A DNA stretch of 63,988 bases, filler included, from Ionaspis alba (lineage: Eukaryota), in the NCBI GenBank assembly GCA_964255285.1. It is 10 parts of 10 records of this genome, joined end to end, with 100 filler letters (N's around TTAATTAATTAA, not from the genome) between each part and the next. Parts side by side here need not be neighbours in the genome. Positions count along the whole stretch, not along the records: positions 1 to 6,351 come from CAXUUL010000926.1; positions 6,452 to 12,791 come from CAXUUL010000927.1; positions 12,892 to 19,220 come from CAXUUL010000928.1; 7 more parts are not named here. One strand, given 5' to 3'. The first letter of the stretch is position 1. The number at the start of each line of letters is the position of its first letter. Below the pieces are notes generated by a model. That model searched no databases, was not told the DNA's origin, and worked only from the letters and a program-made list of their open reading frames with translations. Shown piece after piece: positions 1 to 13,186 of this stretch. The position numbers and the translations under genes are program-made.

Positions 1-2292
1 AGAGCACTCGGAGACCTTCGTGCATATAATCGAGACCCGGCAGACATAGAGCCGCGTGCACCGTTTAAAGCTGATTGGACTCTCTCGTTCATTACGAACA
101 CCGTCCTCGGGCTTGGCCCCTTGGCCTTGAGCAGGAGCGACGCTCTTGACCGACTTCTGGCCGGTTTCCGCGATTGTCGAAGGGAAAAACAAAGTCGAGG
201 AGCCACAACGTAGCGAAAGGAAAGAGGAGAACATCTTGCTAGAACAACTGAAGACAAGGGACTGAGAATACCAGTGGTATATCCACGTTTCGAACTTGCT
301 TACGAAGAGACATAGGACAGGTATGAGCAGGTATATATGAAACAAGTGAGTGAGAATGGTTTTCTTTTTTTTGTTTATTTCCTCAGGAATTTTTCTAAAC
401 ACTTACAACATGCATTGACTTTCAAAATATCAACATACTTGTCATTAGCTATGTCACAGTCTCAACATGATTGTCTTGGACAGGTCTTCCAAGGCTTTGA
501 TGATTCGCGGATAGATTCATAATCTCCCATGATTTGCAATGCTCAGGACTTTTCTTCTTATGGTGCCTTTCAGGTGCACACGCTGATCATAAATCATTTT
601 GTGCACACTGATCCGATATATATATGTTCGATCCTTGATTGACCTTGCCCCTGAATTAGGGCTGTCTTGTGCGTCTTTGTCGATGCTTCACACAGATTGG
701 TATTTATGATTGACTGCAAGTGCGTGTCAATGCAATCCGAAAGCTCAAGTCCCTCGCGTACTCCCCTCCTACGATTCGTAGGATCCATTTCCACTCTCTC
801 TTTGTATATATCAATACTGCTGCTGCAAAGCTCGCAATGACTCCTGTACATACCGCCTCTGTTGGTTTCTCTTCAGTTTGACTTAGCCATTCAGTACTTG
901 CACAGTATAAATGTCTCATCTTTCTCCGACTTTTATAAGTACCTCCATACATATGATCAACAAATATTTCAGCTTAATGCTGTGGCCACTGGGATCGTGC
1001 CTCCTGGAGTCTTTGCCTCGTCGAAAGCCAACGTATCTTGCGGTAATAGGTCTTGCTGTCCTAGATTGGAGCTGCCGGTGAGCACTCTTTATTGGGGTTG
1101 GCTCTTTCTTGATATGGCCATGGTATATGCCATTCTGCAAAGATGGCTCAGCTCATTCATGCTCGGTCACCTATTGCAGAAATATTTCAGGGTATTGCGA
1201 CTTCGGGAAGATTCCTTTACTTCACTCACTTCCCTTCACTCTTGAGCCAACCTCGGTGTTCTCGCATTCATCTTTGGCGAAATGATCACGCCATTCATCC
1301 TCATCCGAGTGTGAATAAACTCCCTGTCCCCCGCCCTATATCTTCTTCACCTTGCTCTCTGCATTCTTGTCACTCTCCCACTCTTACTCTCAACCAAATT
1401 CATTCTTGGATAGTCTTATTCTTCACCGATTTTGCTTCAACAGATCTGCATCATACATAGCCTGGTACGACACGATATTGTTAGTGGATTGGAAAGACTG
1501 GCAAGGTCGCACAAAATTAGCTGGAAGAGTTTTGAGAGAAGTAAGTCGTCCACGAACTCCAAAGTACTCAATTTCCTCATGGGTGAACGTGCGACCATGA
1601 GTGAGCTTGCACACTGCTTGACCATCGTTTTCAGAAACACCTACGGACCGCGCAGGCTCTTGTGAAAGCACTCGAAGGAACAGTCTTGCGCGGTGCGTAG
1701 CCGTTCGACAATATGGAGAAATGTCATTTGCCGTCCACTTAAGTATCGACACCTCACTAATTAAGATCAACTAACCATGAGTGTCAAATGCCAGGTCGCA
1801 ACAATCCTTAGTTGTCGGAAAGCTTCAAGGAAGTTGATTGCCGAGCAACGATCACCGTCAACACGGAAGCGACGCTAACGCTAAGCTCCGCTAGTTCAGG
1901 GCTTCGATAGAGGTAAGCAAGCATATTGACAGAACTAGCCTAACTAGCTGGCTAGCACGATGCCAACACATGTCTAATACGCATTGTCAACAGTGTTGTT
2001 ATTCCTGCAAAGCTGGGCCTCTACTTTCGAGTTTCAATTGATATGCGAACGGTTGCACATTGAGGGCTTACAATCTTTCAAGCTCGCTTGTCTCCAAGGT
2101 ACAATAAGCTCCTACCTCGATTGAACAGCCCACTGATCATGGACAGGTGCTTCTACCAGGATTTGCTTCCCTCTTCTCCTCGATCTCTAGGATTCTCCTC
2201 AACCACCAACTCCTGGCTTCAAGCCAAGTCTGATTCGATACCCTGTGACGGTAACTTGCCTCTTTACTTAATTCACATCTGCCTGTCACAAT

Positions 2293-5200
2293 ATGGAAGG
2301 ATTGAAGCACAATGAGAGAGCAGACTTGAGTCGGGACGCAGCAGTGGATGTGTCTGGGGAAGCTGGAAGTTACGAGGTTCCGGACACTAACGAGACCCAG
2401 GAAGTTGATGATGCGGGCCCTACCGACGAGGAACTCCTGGACCTTCTGACGTTCAACAACGACTGGCAACCACCCGGGGTGTCTGCAAGCAGTCCCCAAA
2501 CTCCCACATTTCCCGATCAATCTTTTGCACGCTACCGATACGCGGCAGAGCGTCAGACCAGCGAGCCCCCGGACGTGCAGGTCACACATGTCAGCCGTGA
2601 GGTGACATCTCGTGCTGCTGCCTCAGACACTTTAGATCTCAGCGGCTCTTCTACTAATGCAGAAGGTCCAGGTTTAGAACATCAAGCTTTGGAGGAACAG
2701 CGTCAGCGAGATCAACCGACGATCGGTGCTGCAGACGCTCCCTCAGGTCTTCCTGAAGGGCAAGTCCTCGAGGCGTGGGAGGCTCAAATCCGCGCAGAAG
2801 CTCCCGAGATCAGATCTCGTCATGATGACTTCCTACGAGAACTCCCGGGGCTTCGAGCTGAGGATATGGCTGCAAAGCCTCAAGATCTGTCGAAATATCA
2901 GCCGGCGCAGTCTTATGGAGCTCACGATATGCCCTTTCCTCCCCATGAGTCTATTGGTTATGATGCTATGGCTCTACATACCGAGGATTGGATGATCGGC
3001 AAGCCCCAGAGGAAGAGCATCGAGGCTTCTTATGAAGCTCCCAATCAGCTGGAACAGATCTTGAATGTGCCCAGATTCGATCAGCAACTGCAAGCAGCGC
3101 CTCAGCAGGCACAATACAGCCCTGTACAGCAACTGCAACAGCCACAAGTTTACTCCGAACAACCAGACCAGGTCAAACAGAATTGGTTGCAAGACGAGTA
3201 TGGGTACCAGCTGCCGCCAATGTCCGATTATTCCCAGAACCATGCGCAGACTCACGGCCAGTTCAGTTCGCCAACTGTTGGACAGGTCACGGGTCAAAGC
3301 CATTATCTGGTGGCTCAGGCTCAGAGCCCGATGCAGTACGGGTCTCCGAGGTTGGAAAATCGTCAGCACCAGGGCCGACAGCTGTCAAGAAACGTTTCGT
3401 TAGGAGCTCAGCAGAGCAGTCCGTGGCCGGCAAGGAGTCAGTTTCAGCAGGAGCAGGACTATCGACGCCGAGTCCAAGGGGTTGTTGCAAATCCGAGTCG
3501 AGCACAAATGGCCTGGGTCCCCGGACGAGGTCAGACTGCTCGTCAGTCTGTGAGCCGTAGCCATCGACTCCAGCTTCCCGCTGCCAACGTACTCCTGTCG
3601 CAGACTGAGAATGTCTCGGATTCGCTGGTAGGACCTAGCCCTACGCTTTCTGCCGGCGAAGTCACTTTGCGCTATAATTCATGGCAGGAGGTGAATCGAA
3701 GAAAGCTATCAACGCAGCAGGCTCTACACATACCTTCAGACCCTACCTATCCCAGGTTTGATGAGCTGGAGCAGCGCTACGTGAAGCAGATGATCTCGGC
3801 CATGAATAGTATGGAGGATGCCAAGGACAATCCTGGAATGATCGACATGTGGCGGAGGATGAAGAGGAACACGGATGCAGTGGAGGATACGGCCTGGGAA
3901 CTTCTTGTAAGCATACAGGACGTGCCGCAACACTCACCGGGCGTGTCACTCATTTTCCCTAGGGCCTCTGTAAGCGCTCCCAAAGCCAGCCCATGCCGCT
4001 GGTTCCTGGGTCAAAGTTGTCAGCACAGTTTACGAGCTTTGAGGAGCACATGAAGGAGATCTGCCTGGCCTTGAGGGTACGTTGTCTATTCGCCAGCAAT
4101 TCATATTTGGACATGACTGATTGCGGTCTTCAACCACTAGGAGCAGAAGACGATCTGTAAGCATTTGCTTGCAGCTCCATACGCCTTTTCTTTCATCGAC
4201 GATCCTACGCAAGCAGCTCATGTATGTTGTTCCATCCACGACAGATTGTTACTATGGCTTACTCATATTTCATAGCGTGTCGCCAACAACCGCAAAGTAA
4301 ATGGCGGTAAGAAAGTGATGATTGAGAGAGGTCGCGAAGCAAACCTTTTTACTAAGACGAGTAAAGAGAGATCAGGTTCGCGTCAAGCCTCCTCGGAGCA
4401 GTTCCAGGAGCAGCACAGCGAATTTGGTCAGGAGGAAGAAATTGGTGCCGAGGACCAGACTGTCAAGCTCACCCAAGCGGAAATGGATGAGATTTACGCT
4501 CGGACAGTCAATACAGACTTGAATAGGCGAACGCCAAGGCGAGCTGCGAGCAAGGCATCGACGGGTCCATCGGCGACACCAGCTCCTCCACCGGCGGACA
4601 CAACTTCACTAGAGACTGTGGCTCCGGAACCGACCTCGACAAAACGGAAAGCGACCGACTCGCCGTACGAGCCTCCGACAAGTAGTGCAAAGAAGCAGAC
4701 GAAGTCGACAAAATCTTCGAAGTATCCTCTGGTCAAGAAACCTGATGGCAGTGTCACTGTCATGACAGTGCCCTCGCCTCCGAAGGCTCGTTCGCGCCGT
4801 TCACGACCTGTCTCAAGCCCGCATACGCCGACGCCAGGAGGATCTCGGCCGGGCACAGTCATGCTGCCTAATCCATTGAACATGGGATTAGGTCAACAAC
4901 AGGACACAGCGGCCTACCAGATGGCAGCATCTCAGGCCACGATGGCGGACTTCGGAAATCGCCCTCTTTACAACACGTCCTCAGTCCGAGATACGTTCCC
5001 GCAGCAGGGGTATGGCCAACAGATGCGGAGCTATCAGGAGACCCAATTTGATCCTCGGCAGTCACGTCACCTTCCGACTCCTTCACCCTCCAGCAGATAT
5101 CCTGCAGTTGATCCTCAGCTTGGCAATCTACTGCTGCCGGAATCTGCGACCGGGTTTGATAACAATGCTCCCTGGTATCCTCAGACCCAAGATCAATTCT

Positions 5201-5352
5201 CAGCCGAGGGTCAACTCCAGGACCAAGATCTCTTCAGGTTGATGGGCGGAGACGGAGGGGAAGCCGAGGAACATGAGAATGATAGGCTTGCCAGAGTCCG
5301 CGGGCTGAGGCCTGGCCAAGTTCGTCGGCGTCATCCTGAGCCTGAATGGTAG
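2293..5352 (+). CDS. Hypothetical protein, 4 exons (2293-3906, 3963-4076, 4141-4221, 4276-5352); Q/P/S-rich termini around a central helical domain
   Basis: Introns 3907-3962 (GTAAGC..TAG), 4077-4140 (GTACGT..TAG) and 4222-4275 (GTATGT..TAG) join the 586-aa and 345-aa ORFs in frame, giving AWELL|GLCKRSQ..EICLALR|EQKTICKHLL..IDDPTQAAH|RVANNRKVNGGKK. Confidence 0.75.
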
Positions 5353-6351
5353 AGCAATCTCCTTGCCCACGACTTCCTTGATTCACGATCCGCCGGCTAT
5401 CTGCTGCAGAACTTTTGACCAACCATGCTTTCCACGACTCTCTGTGTCCCCATCAGAACTCCTTTTGCTGAGCTTACCTCTTCCTTTCTACTGTTTTCTT
5501 GACCGTGGATCGTACGGTTGAGGTTACCGAACCTTTGACATGCCGTGGCGTCATTTGCTTATGCAGACTGCCACCACTACTCACAGTTTACGACTTTGAC
5601 GACTTTTGGAGCCACAATGGCCCGCTTCTCACTTTTCGAGTCAAAATTTTGCTCGCACCACTGCATATCATTATCGCCTTTCTCTCATGAGACAATTCCT
5701 TGGATTGTCATGCATAGCCTGCGATGGACTCAAAGAATATGATGTCTAGACCGACATGTTGCGATATCACGTCAATAGAACAAGACAACAGTTGGATCAC
5801 AGTTTACGACTTTTGGACAACAGTACCAGCATTTGCTATTAGAGACGACCGATAGATTATGTTCGGAACACAGCTTACGACATACCTATGGACGAATTTC
5901 TTTGGTTTTGCGCCTAACGACATGTTGTACTTTGAGCGAGAGATACCATCTGCTGCGACTTTTGATACCCATTGCTGCAACTTTGTTGTTTGTTGGAGGA
6001 TTTTTGACGTGCTACTAGCACTATCTGCAGATTCTTGTCTGAACCTAACCTGTGCTTTTCTTCTGCTGAGGATAGTTTACACGAGAGTGAAAGGTAGACA
6101 ATGCTCGAGATACAGACTTAGAAAACGAAGCTCAGCATCACAAAGCCAAACATTTTCCAAGTTCTATGGTCGTGAGGGTAACAGTCTATGTCTAACCATG
6201 CATCTAAATATATGCCCAACTCCAATCAGTCTATGACTAACTCCACATCGCACCTTTCTATCGCTTCCACATCTTCATTTCTTAACCTTAATCCCATACC
6301 TCCCATAATCAAACTCCTTTAACGTATCATACATCACCCCCCACCCATCAC

Positions 6352-6451
6352 NNNNNNNNNNNNNNNNNNNNNNNNNNNNNNNNNNNNNNNNNNNNTTAAT
6401 TAATTAANNNNNNNNNNNNNNNNNNNNNNNNNNNNNNNNNNNNNNNNNNNN
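6352..6451. other. Artificial scaffold-joining spacer N44-TTAATTAATTAA-N44 (stops in all six frames); identical spacers at 12792-12891, 19221-19320, 25649-25748, 32075-32174, 38496-38595, 44890-44989, 51274-51373, 57636-57735
   Basis: Nine identical 100-nt spacers. The segments between them decrease monotonically in length, and genes are cut off at the spacers. Confidence 0.97.
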
Positions 6452-7869
6452 TCCCCACAGTCGGCACCACCCCCACCCTCTCCTTCGCCAACAGATCCAC
6501 CAACAACGGACTCGGACGACTATCCCTCTGGGGACTAAAGGCCACCGCATGATTCTTATACCTACCCACACTCTCGAGATAATTCTCAAACAAATAACTC
6601 GAATCGAGCGGTCCGCCTTTGGCTTCGGGATGGAACTGCGTGCTGAAAATGGGCCGCGAATTGTGGATCATGCCTTCGTTGCTGGAGTCGTTCAGATTGA
6701 TGAAGTATTCTTTCCAGTCGGCGGGGAGAGTCGCAGCGTCGACGGCGTAGCCATGGTTTTGGCTCGTGATGTGGCAGCGCCCGGTCGTGAGGTCTAGGGC
6801 AGGGATGTTGTGTGCGCGGTTGCCGTACTTCAGCTTGACGGTCCGGGCGCCGGCGGCGAGGGCGAGGAGTTGGTGTCCGAGACAGATGCCCATGACGGGG
6901 ATTTGGGACGTTTCCATCAGTTTGCGGAGATGGTAGACGGTTTGTTGGCAATGAGTGGGGTCGCCAGGCCCGTTGGAGATGAAGACGCCGTCGAAGTGGT
7001 GGGCGACTTTGTGGATGGGGTAGTCGTAAGGAAATGCCGTGACGCTTGCGCCGCGGCCGACAAGGCTGCGGAGAATGTTCTCTTTGACACCACAGTCGAT
7101 GACGGCGACGTGGAGGTCGCCGGTGCCGGAGCTGACGTGGAAGGGGGCTTTGGTGCTGACTTGGCGGACGAGATTGATTTGTTCGGGGTCGACGAAGGCT
7201 TCGTCTTGGTCCGCGTCGTATTCTTCGCCGATGGTGATGCGGGCGAGGGAGGAACCTTGTTCCCGGAGGTAGGTTACGATGGCGCGGGTGTCGACGCCGG
7301 AGATGGCGGGGACGCCTTCGCGGGCACACCAGGCGCTGAGGCTTTCGACGGCGGTCCAGTGGCTGTATTGTTCTGCGACGTCTGCTACGACTACACCTGA
7401 TGCTTGGATGTTGGGTGATTCGAAGTATTTTAGTAGTCCGTGTTCATCACGAGTAGAAGACGGGACTCCGTAATTGCCAATGAGAGGCTGAGTAAAGACG
7501 AGAATCTGCCCACGATATGAAGGGTCGGTCAAGGATTCGGGGTAGCCGACAAGGGAAGTCGTGAAGACGGCTTCACCAGAAATATTCGACTTTGCTCCGA
7601 AGGACTTGCCATTGAAGATTGGTCCATCCTGTGAATCAAGGTCAGCATATGATTGATAATGTTAACTTGATGCGTGGGCAGACCCTGATAGTGAAAGTCG
7701 CCCGATCATGAGAAACGGGCGTAGTCCTAACCCTGGGGTTGCCAGGCATCTGACGAGGAGTATTCGTCTCGACAGTAGCCAGGCCCCTTGCCTGTGCAAA
7801 GCTCCTCAATGGCATTTTGAAGCCATATGTAGACCCTTTAGAGGCCTGTTTCAAAATGTGTGAAAACAT
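6452..7869 (-). CDS. CPA1: Carbamoyl-phosphate synthase (arginine-specific) small glutaminase subunit with mitochondrial presequence; 3' end cut by scaffold end
   Basis: Exon 1 7869-7684 ([18 protein letters not shown]), intron 7683-7629, exon 2 [38 protein letters not shown]. Class I glutamine amidotransferase motifs [23 protein letters not shown] and QFHPE are present. Confidence 0.97.
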
Positions 7870-7929
7870 CTCTATCTGCTGCCTCTCGAGTATGGTGTAA
7901 AATTTGTTGAGCTTATTTGGAAGGACGCT

Positions 7930-8137
7930 TCAGTTGCCCGAAGCTTTCCAGAGGTGATCTATGTGTTGTGAGCATATGGAGGTAGCATGAAGAAAGGTGT
8001 TGAGGGTACCAGAAATATAATCCTAAGTGTTTGAGTTAGCTTAACGGTTTCCAGTCCAGTTTGCAATCCGCTTGAAGCCATGGTGGGTTGTTGGAAGGTC
8101 ATACCTGAGACGTGAAGACTGACGGAGACACACGCAT
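7930..8137 (-). CDS. AAP: Arginine attenuator peptide uORF, 24 aa MRVSPSVFTSQDYISDHLWKASGN, three exons (8137-8105, 8022-8010, 7958-7930)
   Basis: Removing introns 8104-8023 (GTATGA..GCTAAC..TAG) and 8009-7959 (GTACCC..GCTCAC..TAG) gives 75 nt that closely match the Neurospora arg-2 AAP (MNGRPSVFTSQDYLSDHLWRALNA). The stop lies 60 nt upstream of the CPA1 ATG. Confidence 0.95.
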
Positions 8138-8448
8138 AAGCGCAACAGTGCTCTTCAGCAGGTTTAGATAGTTGAGGTTGCTTGTGGGGACGTGGCTAGC
8201 ATTGAGATTTCTAAAGACTTTGACGGTATCTTGCTGTTGGTTGAGTCGGTGTAGATAAGGAAAGATAGTGCGAGATTCACGATATGGCGTCTGATATGAA
8301 GATTTAGGACGATGTTGCTGTATGCGAGCTCGAAGAAGCTTTTTGTATGCTGTAAGTGTCCCTTCGAAGAATTTTTCTGTAGTCAATGGCAGAGTGTGAG
8401 GTGGGGAATTGCTTTGTGTGACGGGTTGCTGCTCTCGGACCATTATCG

Positions 8449-8454
8449 GAGTCA
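8449..8454 (-). promoter_or_regulatory. Candidate Gcn4/Cpc1 cross-pathway control site TGACTC upstream of AAP-CPA1
   Basis: GAGTCA on the + strand, about 310 nt upstream of the uORF ATG. arg-2/CPA1 are known Cpc1/Gcn4 targets, but a hexamer alone is weak evidence. Confidence 0.45.
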
Positions 8455-8940
8455 CTTGGCGGCACATGCAACCGCTAAAAGTTTTCCATAGGGCTGGATG
8501 TTTTTGTTGCCGTGATCAGGTGGGTTGACGATATTTACGATCAGCGTGCCTATGGAAGATGACCTAGCAGGAAAGAATTGGACAGATAGAAGTTCAGTCA
8601 ATGGCAGTAAAGTATGGATGTCACATTGAGACAACAGATATATGCATATAAACTATCTACTTTTTGCTAAACATCTCAAGAAAATCTTCAACCATCTGAT
8701 CATTACCATCCCTCTCCCACGCTATGTATATTGTTCTCCCTCTCCTCTCAACATATGCAAACCACACATCATTACCACAACAAAACAACCGTAACATCAT
8801 CCCACATTACTCCTCCCCTCTCACCTCCAAGCTCCTGCAGATCTCAAAAAGTCCACGTGTATATCCCTAAATATGCAACAAAGAATCGAACTCTCCATTT
8901 CCTACCCCTCCCTCAAACCCCTTCTCAAAACACCACACAA

Positions 8941-10981
8941 TCAATGCGCCGTAACCGGCCTCCCCAACCCCTTCTCCCCGACCCCAAAAAACCGACTCAT
9001 CCTATACCTAATCCCCCTCCTCTTTCTCCCCCCATCAGACACCTTCTGCACAACCGCCACCAACTCCGGCACCTTCTCTTCCTCCACCTTCACCACACTC
9101 ACACCCTCAATTGCACACCCATTCCCACTTCCCTCCACCAACGGCCTCCTAGGCTCCCTTTCTTGGCTCCTCCCCGCGGTATCCGGCCTCCCCAAACTCG
9201 GCCCAGGACTCATCGAATTGCCATGGCTGACGGGTCTACGGAGAGCTTTCATATTTGGACTGATGGGGGGCGAAATAGCGCCCATGAGCATCTTCTCCTG
9301 GACAGCGCGGCGGAGATCGTCCTGGCGGGATTGTTCTTCGACTTCGGAGAGGGAGCGTTCGAGACCGTTGTCGTCGATGATGGTTGCTGAGGACTTCTCG
9401 GCGGGCATGGTGGGGCGGGGGTGCTTGGAGAGCTGGAAATAATCTGCTCCTCCTGCTCCTGCTCCTCCACTACCATTGGTAGCAGCGGCATTCAGCGGAC
9501 TGAGAGGCGATTTGGCTGTCGGAGGCGGGGGTTTGACATCTCGCGTCCGTGACATGAGTTGGCTGATATGCATTTTCTTCTTCTTCTCCTCCTTGTACGA
9601 GTCCAACCCGGGCAAAGGCGGTAAGCTGCGATTAAGATCCAGACCCTTCTCCCTCCCCCCACCACCAGCAGCTCTCTCTCTCTCAGCCTCAAGCTCATCT
9701 TCTGGTTTCGCACTACGGAACGACGACCACGACCCTTTGCGTCTGAGACCCGCACTGGCACCCCGCCACCAGTTCCCGCCTTTGCTGCTACTGCTGCGGG
9801 AGCCAGACCGCGAGAGCTGGGTATCAGAGCGCGCGGTGCGGAAACTGTCCATGCTAGCGCGGGGACGAATATACTCTCTGATGCCCTCTGCAATACTGCC
9901 CGCACGACTAGGGGGTCTCTCAGACTCTGAATGTCCACGGCGGAGGCTCGCACGACTGGTCGATTTGTGAAGCGTGGGAGGAGCAGTAGCAGCGCTGGCT
10001 TCTTCACGGCGACGGGCGAGCTCGTACGCCATCCAGGCCTTTGCCGTGGCGTCGGCTTGGGAGGCGGCGGGCCCGTCCTGAAGGATTTGTTCCGAGATGC
10101 GCAGCTGGGCTGAGGCGCGCTTTTCGTTGGCGGGGGTCATGGCGAGGGAGGTGAGACCTGTGGAGGGCCGCACGGGGTCGTAGGTTGTGGCTGTGCGGGA
10201 GGTGGAGGAGGAGTTGTCGGCCGAGAGGGTGGGGCCTGTGTAATCGATGCAGGCTGCGGCGGAGGTTTTGGGTCGGAGGTCGAGGTTGGAGCGGATGAGG
10301 GTGAGGGGGTCATTGGGGTCTGTGGTGGGTTTTCGGGAGTTGCTGTGGCCACTGACGGTTGTGTGGGTGGGTTCGAGTGGCTCAAAGTTGAGGTTGTTGG
10401 CAAGGAGTGCGTTTGGGTTGACGGATGTGGCTTGGAAGTCTCTGGCTGCGTACGTGGGTTTGTGAGTAAATGAGGCATTGTGAGATGCGTTGGACTGTTG
10501 ACGGGAGAATGTGGGTTTTTCTTTCTTCGAGTCACGTCTGACAGCGGGTTGAGTACGATGGCCAGACATTTCTCGGTATGCAGCACGTTCGCTGTGGTAT
10601 TTTTCAAGCGGGTCTGGCTGATTGAGGATTTCATCGTACTCTGCGCCCGAAGGCCCGGACTCTTGTACGATTCTAGCGCATGCTTGTCGAAGCTCTAATA
10701 GTATTTGGGGAGATAATCCTTGTCGTTCAATGACGAATGAAACCGGACTGAAGGGTGGTGATCCCATTAGAGGTTCTGGTTTTGGGTTTTCGGGTCTTGG
10801 AGTAGCTTGCACCTTCTAATCAAATGGAAGTCAGCAAAAGATTAGATAACGATCATCGATATGATTCACGACATCTAGATCGTTCTTCTCAGAGGTAAAT
10901 GTAGTAGAAATTGAGATGAAGTCGTAGTTGGAGAAATGGACTCACAATGGGTGTAGGCTTTAAACCGAATGCCCGCCGCAT
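8941..10981 (-). CDS. Hypothetical, largely disordered S/R/P-rich protein, 2 exons (10981-10946, 10815-8941)
   Basis: The 623-aa ORF is extended by exon MRRAFGLKPTPI through intron 10945-10816 (GTGAGT..GCTGAC..TAG). Short conserved-looking motifs: LELRQACARIV, KAWMAYELARRR, LDLNRSLPPLPGLD. Confidence 0.75.
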
Positions 10982-12891
10982 TTTGAAACCGAGAAATTAA
11001 GGTGTAATCGATAAAGTTGAGTCGCGATCCAGTAGAACGAGCAAGAGTTTTATGAGTGATTGTCCTTCAGAGGCATATGAAACAGCAAAGCCCCCAATAT
11101 ATGAGCACAGTCGATGCTGCACTTGTACAGCCAGCGGCGAAGTTATCCAACGATCACAGAGTCGGCGGTTCTCACCACAAAGTCAAATGGGACCTCGGCG
11201 GTGTCCTGCGGATGATTTGTCGGTATCACCGTAAAAGGGAGAGACTTGTGAAATATGGACAATGTCGACCCTATGTCGATACCGATGATATGAACGCGTC
11301 AGAGGTCTATATACAGAATTGTGGAATGACTGAGAGTGCTTGTACTCGAGTGAAGTGACAGAGTTGCCGTCGACGGGTGAAGAAGGGAACACAAAGAATT
11401 GAGAGAAGATGGAGGGTTACAAGACGAAACAAGCCACTCGGCGAATGACGGTGGCAGGACTGCCAAATAGTCTCGAAGCGATACCTCTGTAGGGGAAGGT
11501 GGAAAATTGAGGCACAGGACGAGAATGATGGGATGGGATGGTATCCGCATGGGGCCATGCACGCTGCAGTCAGTTCTCTAAGTCTGGCTCGCCGAAACAA
11601 CGCCTACCGTTGAGGCGTTTTTTCATCCATCGATCTTCAGCATAGCAAGCAGCAAGCCAGTAAGCTGGTGGAAGCTCCTTTTTCGTTCCCTTCCACATCA
11701 TTAGCAATAATAAGAATAATAAAAATCAACATCATATCCCTTCACCATCAATTTACAGCAGTAATTCCCCCATAATCCCGACAAGCAAATCACAACCCCC
11801 GAACCCACAATGTCCCATGCCGCAATCGCGAAAAAAAAAAGAAAACTTCTCCTGGCCCTGCTTCCAGACCATGCATACCATGCGGAATGTGGGTGAGGCA
11901 CCGAACAGGCACGGCAGTGGATTGGCTGTGCTCTTGAGGGCGAGCAAGCATTTGATTCCTTCTATACCCCCGTTGTTGAGACTAACGGATTGACTGACTA
12001 TACAAGCCATGGGGGATTGCCGTGTGGGTGTCTCCCCCGGAAACTTCCCTCGTCTTCCTCTTTACCCCAGATCCCACAGAAGAAGATACTTTTTTACTCC
12101 TTGGACCAGCCATACGGAAGCAGAGTTTCTCGCTCCTGCGCCGTGCCATGCTCACACCCTTACCAAGACTGTCCATTTTGTTCCTTTTGGGGGATTTCTT
12201 TCGCTTCTATGCGTGCGGTCGATATGCTTTGATCCGATCGTGCAGCATCGCAGCTTCCTTTCTCTGGCAAACGCTAAACTAGTCTTCTGGAGGAGAATTA
12301 GCCAACCACCGTCGTCCGTCACATTTCTTCTTAAGATTCCAGCTGGAAAGGACACAACGGCAAATCATGATCTAATTCACCAGCTTGCAACGCGAACCGA
12401 TGGACCAAAATACCCTAGAACACTTCAATTCCCTCCCTCCCCCCGGACTCCGAATATCGATTGGTCAACCTCGGTGATTGACACATTACCGTCATCTCGG
12501 CCCCATCGGCTCGACTTCCATCTTGCCTCTATCACAATTCATCAAAAACCTATTCGTCCAAATCCCCATGCTCCGAGAACACACAGTCCCATACGCACGC
12601 TCAGGTATTTACAGAGTACAAACCCCTCCACCTCACATCACCCGTATCCATCCCCAACCCCCGGACAACGCACCTATAGCAGTCATGTAATTGCCAAATA
12701 ACGGTCCCGCATCTCCAGAAGCGCATCCAACCGCTGGTACTAACCCCAAAAAAACCCACCGCGCAAAGACCTCCGACGGACATATGTACATNNNNNNNNN
12801 NNNNNNNNNNNNNNNNNNNNNNNNNNNNNNNNNNNTTAATTAATTAANNNNNNNNNNNNNNNNNNNNNNNNNNNNNNNNNNNNNNNNNNNN

Positions 12892-13043
12892 GATCGTGCT
12901 GGGCATTGTGGTGAGGAGGAGGTTTGGGAGCGGGTGGAGAGGTGGGTGAGGAGGAGGGTTTTGGTGGTGCGGAGGAGGGGCCGGTGGGTGGTTGTGAGGC
13001 AGGGGTAGAGGAAGGGTAGGAAGGTGGTTGAGATGAGAGACAT
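12892..13043 (-). CDS. 5' fragment of a gene with a probable mitochondrial targeting peptide (MSLISTTFLPFLYPCLTTTHRPLLRTTKTLL..), truncated by scaffold end
   Basis: ATG at 13043; N-terminus rich in T/S/L/R with no acidic residues; open to the gap; divergent from the UEV gene. Confidence 0.45.
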
Positions 13044-13186
13044 TTTGGTATTTGAATGTCATGATCTATTGCTTGATGTGAGGTGCATTTCTGGCGATGG
13101 TGTTGAGCTTTGGGCTGGGCGCGTCGTGGTAAATGGTCCGCGGTATTTTTGTTTCAAGGACAATCTCGCCAAGCTTTGAACAAACC

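Noticed and set aside
500..1800. Cluster of short ORFs, possibly a decayed minus-strand gene (one intron-like ACTAAC..CAG)
   Set aside because: Every frame is broken by stops and I cannot recognise a family; not supportable without a search.
6549..7473. Alternative-frame and antisense ORFs over CPA1 (247 aa, 196 aa and others)
   Set aside because: Shadows of C-biased codon usage in a conserved gene.
11599..11623. AACGCCT-loop-AGGCGTT hairpin followed by a T run, resembling a rho-independent terminator
   Set aside because: Eukaryotic intergenic context with no bacterial-type gene upstream; a 7-bp stem is expected by chance.
12009..12701. 230-aa ORF
   Set aside because: Runs into a C/A-rich low-complexity tract, has no recognisable motif and shows no splice support.
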